A stretch of DNA of 64,000 bases from Squalus acanthias (taxonomy: Eukaryota). The notes below the pieces were generated by a model that searched no databases, was not told the origin of the DNA, and was given only the letters and a program-made list of their open reading frames with translations. Of this stretch, positions 61,547 to 64,000 are shown one piece after another (within the stretch, counting starts at the first letter, position 1; each line of letters begins with the position of its first letter). Made by a program: the position numbers and the translations under genes. The stretch is from positions 54,872,001 to 54,936,000 of the forward strand of contig CM059438.1 in the NCBI GenBank assembly GCA_030390025.1, read 5' to 3'.

Positions 61547-63512
61547 CATAGAAAGGTTACAGAACAGAAGGAGGCCATTCGGCCTATCGAGCCCGTGCCG
61601 GCTCTCTGCAAGAGCACTTCAGCTAGTCCCACTCCCCCGCCCTTTCCCCGCAGCCCTGCAATTTTTTTTCCTTCAGCTACTTATCCAATTCCCTTTTGAA
61701 AGCCACAGTTGAATCTGCCTCCACCACCCTTTCAGGCAGTGCATTCCAGATCCTAACCACTCGCTGAGTAAAAAAGTTTTTCCTCATGTCGCCTTTGGTT
61801 CTTCTGCCAATCACCTTGAATCAGGGACCTCTGGTTCTCGACCCTTCCGCCAATGGGAACAGTTTCTCTCCATCTACTCTGTCCAGACCCCTCATGATTT
61901 TGAACACCTCTATCAAATCTCCTCTCAACCTTCTCTGCTCCATGGAGAACAAGCGCAGCTTCTCCAGTCTATCCACATAACTGAAGTCCCTCATCCCTGG
62001 AATCATTCTCCTAAATCTTTTCTACACCCTCTCTAAGGCCTTCACATCCTTCCTAAAGTGCGGTGCCCAGAATTGGACACAATACTCCAGTAGAGGCCGA
62101 ACCAGTCTTTTATAAATGTTCATCATAACTTCCATGCCTTTGTACTCTGTGCCTCTATTTATGAAAATGAGAAGTCGCACAACACCAGGTTATAGTCCAA
62201 CAGTTTTATTTAAAATTTAAAATTACGAGCTTTCGGAGCTGTTGCCCCTCCGTCAGGTAAAGGTACATTGGCAGAAAGGTACAGCTCCGAAAGCTCGTAA
62301 TTTAAAATAAAACTGTTGGACTATAACCTGGTGTTGTGCGACTTCTCATTTTTGTCCACCCCAGTCCAACACCGGCATCTCCGCATCATGACCTCTATTT
62401 ATGAAGCCCAGGATCCCGTATGCTTTTTTAACCGCTTTCTCAACCTGTCCTGCCACCTTTAACGATTTGTGCACATATACCCCCAGGTCTCTCTGTTCAT
62501 GCACCCCCTTTAGAATTGTAACTTTTAGTTCATATTGCCTCTCCTCGTTCTTCCTACCAAAATGTATAATTTCGCACTTTTCTACGTTAAATTTCATCTG
62601 CCACATGCCCACCCATTTCACCAGCCTATCTATGTCCCCTTGAAGTTTATCACTATCCTCCTCACTGTTCACTTTACTTCTAAGTTTTGTGTCATCTGCA
62701 AATTTTGAAATTGTGCCCTGTACACCCAAGTCCAAGTCATTAATATACATCAAGAAAAGCAGTGGTCCTAGTACCGACCCCTGGGGAACACCACTGTATA
62801 TCTTCCTCCAGTCCAATAAACAACCGTTCACCACTACTCTCTGTTTCCTGTCACTTAGCCATTTTCTATAGGCAAGCCTATTATGTGGCACTTTATCAAA
62901 TGCCTTTTGGAAGTCCATGTACACCACATCAACCGCATTGCCCTCATCAACTCTCTCTGTTTCCTCATCAAAAAACTCGATCAAGTTAGTTAAACACGAT
63001 TTGCCTTTAACAAATCTGTGCTGGCTTTCTTAATTAATCCACACTTATCCGAGTGACTGTTAACTTTGTCCCTTATCATTTCTAAAAGCTTCCCCACCAC
63101 CGAGGTTAAACTGACTGGCCTGCAGTTGCTGGGTTTATCTTTGCACCCTTTTTTGAACAAGGGTGTAACATTTGCAATTCTCCAGTCCTCTGGCACCACC
63201 CCGTATCTATGGAGGATTGGAAGATTATGACCAGTACCTCCGCGATTTCCTCCTTAACTTCCCTAAGCATCCTAGGATGCATCCCATGACTTATCAACTT
63301 TAAGTACAGACAGCCTTTCTAGTACCTCCTCTTTATCAATTCTTATCTCGTCCACTATTTCCACTACCTCCTCTTTCACTATGACTTTGGCAGCATCCTC
63401 TTCCTTGGTGAAGACAGATGCAAAGTACTCATTTAGTACCTCAGCCATGCCCTCTGCCTCCATGTGTAGGTCTTCTTTTTGGTCCCTAATTGGCCCCACC
63501 CCTTCTCTTACT
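61547..63512 (-). mobile_element. 5'-truncated degenerate CR1
   Basis: GPIRDQK...VPEDWRIANV...PQGSVLGP...FADD...RGDLIEVFK on the minus strand; 3' UTR at 61547. Confidence 0.9.
62166..62391. mobile_element. Penelope-like element remnant inserted in CR1; variant hammerhead motif at 62223-62260 (-)
   Basis: Inverted arms, same tail as the other two copies, perfect 14-bp TSD CCTCTATTTATGAA; motif TTAC-CTGACGG-A-GGGGC aaca GCTCC-GAAA-GC-TC-GTAA. Confidence 0.8.
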
Positions 63513-63619
63513 ATTTATTACTATTGTTTACTATTGATATGCCTGTTGGACAAGTTATGGGGGTGAGCAGAATTAGCGGATGTAAAACCAGAATTCAGTG
63601 AGGAAGGACAAGACACATC

Positions 63620-63775
63620 CGCCTAGAAACTCATCCCGGGCAGTGGCACAAAACGGGCGGTATTGGATCGGCCGCCGTTGCAGTCAATGGAGCTGAATAT
63701 CAGGCGCTGCTTATAATGGGCGGCCGATACGATACCGCCCCGCCCTGCGCCAAGCCCGGGATGAATTTCTAGCCC
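63620..63775. mobile_element. Short fold-back MITE
   Basis: CTAGAAACTCATCCCGGGC...GGCGGTATTGGATCGGCCGCC inverted against GGCGGCCGATACGATACCGCC...GCCCGGGATGAATTTCTAG. Confidence 0.65.
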
Positions 63776-64000
63776 AACAACTGTCTAAATAGGGGTAAGA
63801 AACCATTGCATTATTTTAATACTGAACAAAACAATTTACAATAAAATCTTTTTGAAGTACAATTGTTGTTTGGTTACATGTTGATACACATTACGTTCAC
63901 AGCACACAGTGTACATGGCGTGTTGTGATAGTGAGTGAGATTCACTGAGTGGCTGGAGTTGTGGACAATCCTGGGGACTGGCAATACGGCTAGTGACTTC

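Noticed and set aside
59586..64000. Further hexokinase exon (exon 9 equivalent)
   Set aside because: No matching peptide found on the minus strand; presumed to lie beyond the window.

Overview
Repeat-dense vertebrate genomic DNA; the repeat repertoire suggests a cartilaginous fish (inference). The only host gene is the 3' part of a two-domain hexokinase (best match HK1) on the minus strand: nine coding exons equivalent to exons 10-18 between 59585 and 29876, including one GC-AG intron. The rest is transposon- and satellite-derived. It includes many CR1 LINEs (two with intact EN+RT frames), a solo LTR, several PIF/Harbinger derivatives, Penelope-like remnants, SINE fragments, and five minisatellite or low-complexity arrays, often nested four levels deep. 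Two signals stand out. (1) The CR1 ORF1/ORF2 junction carries a TTTAAAC-TAA slippery-site motif in one copy, while a neighbouring young copy has apparently lost 5 nt there and fuses ORF1 to ORF2, which points to -1 ribosomal frameshifting in these LINEs. (2) Minimal hammerhead ribozyme motifs with covarying stems sit in three Penelope-like inserts inside the hexokinase introns. All calls were made by eye; no database searches were run.
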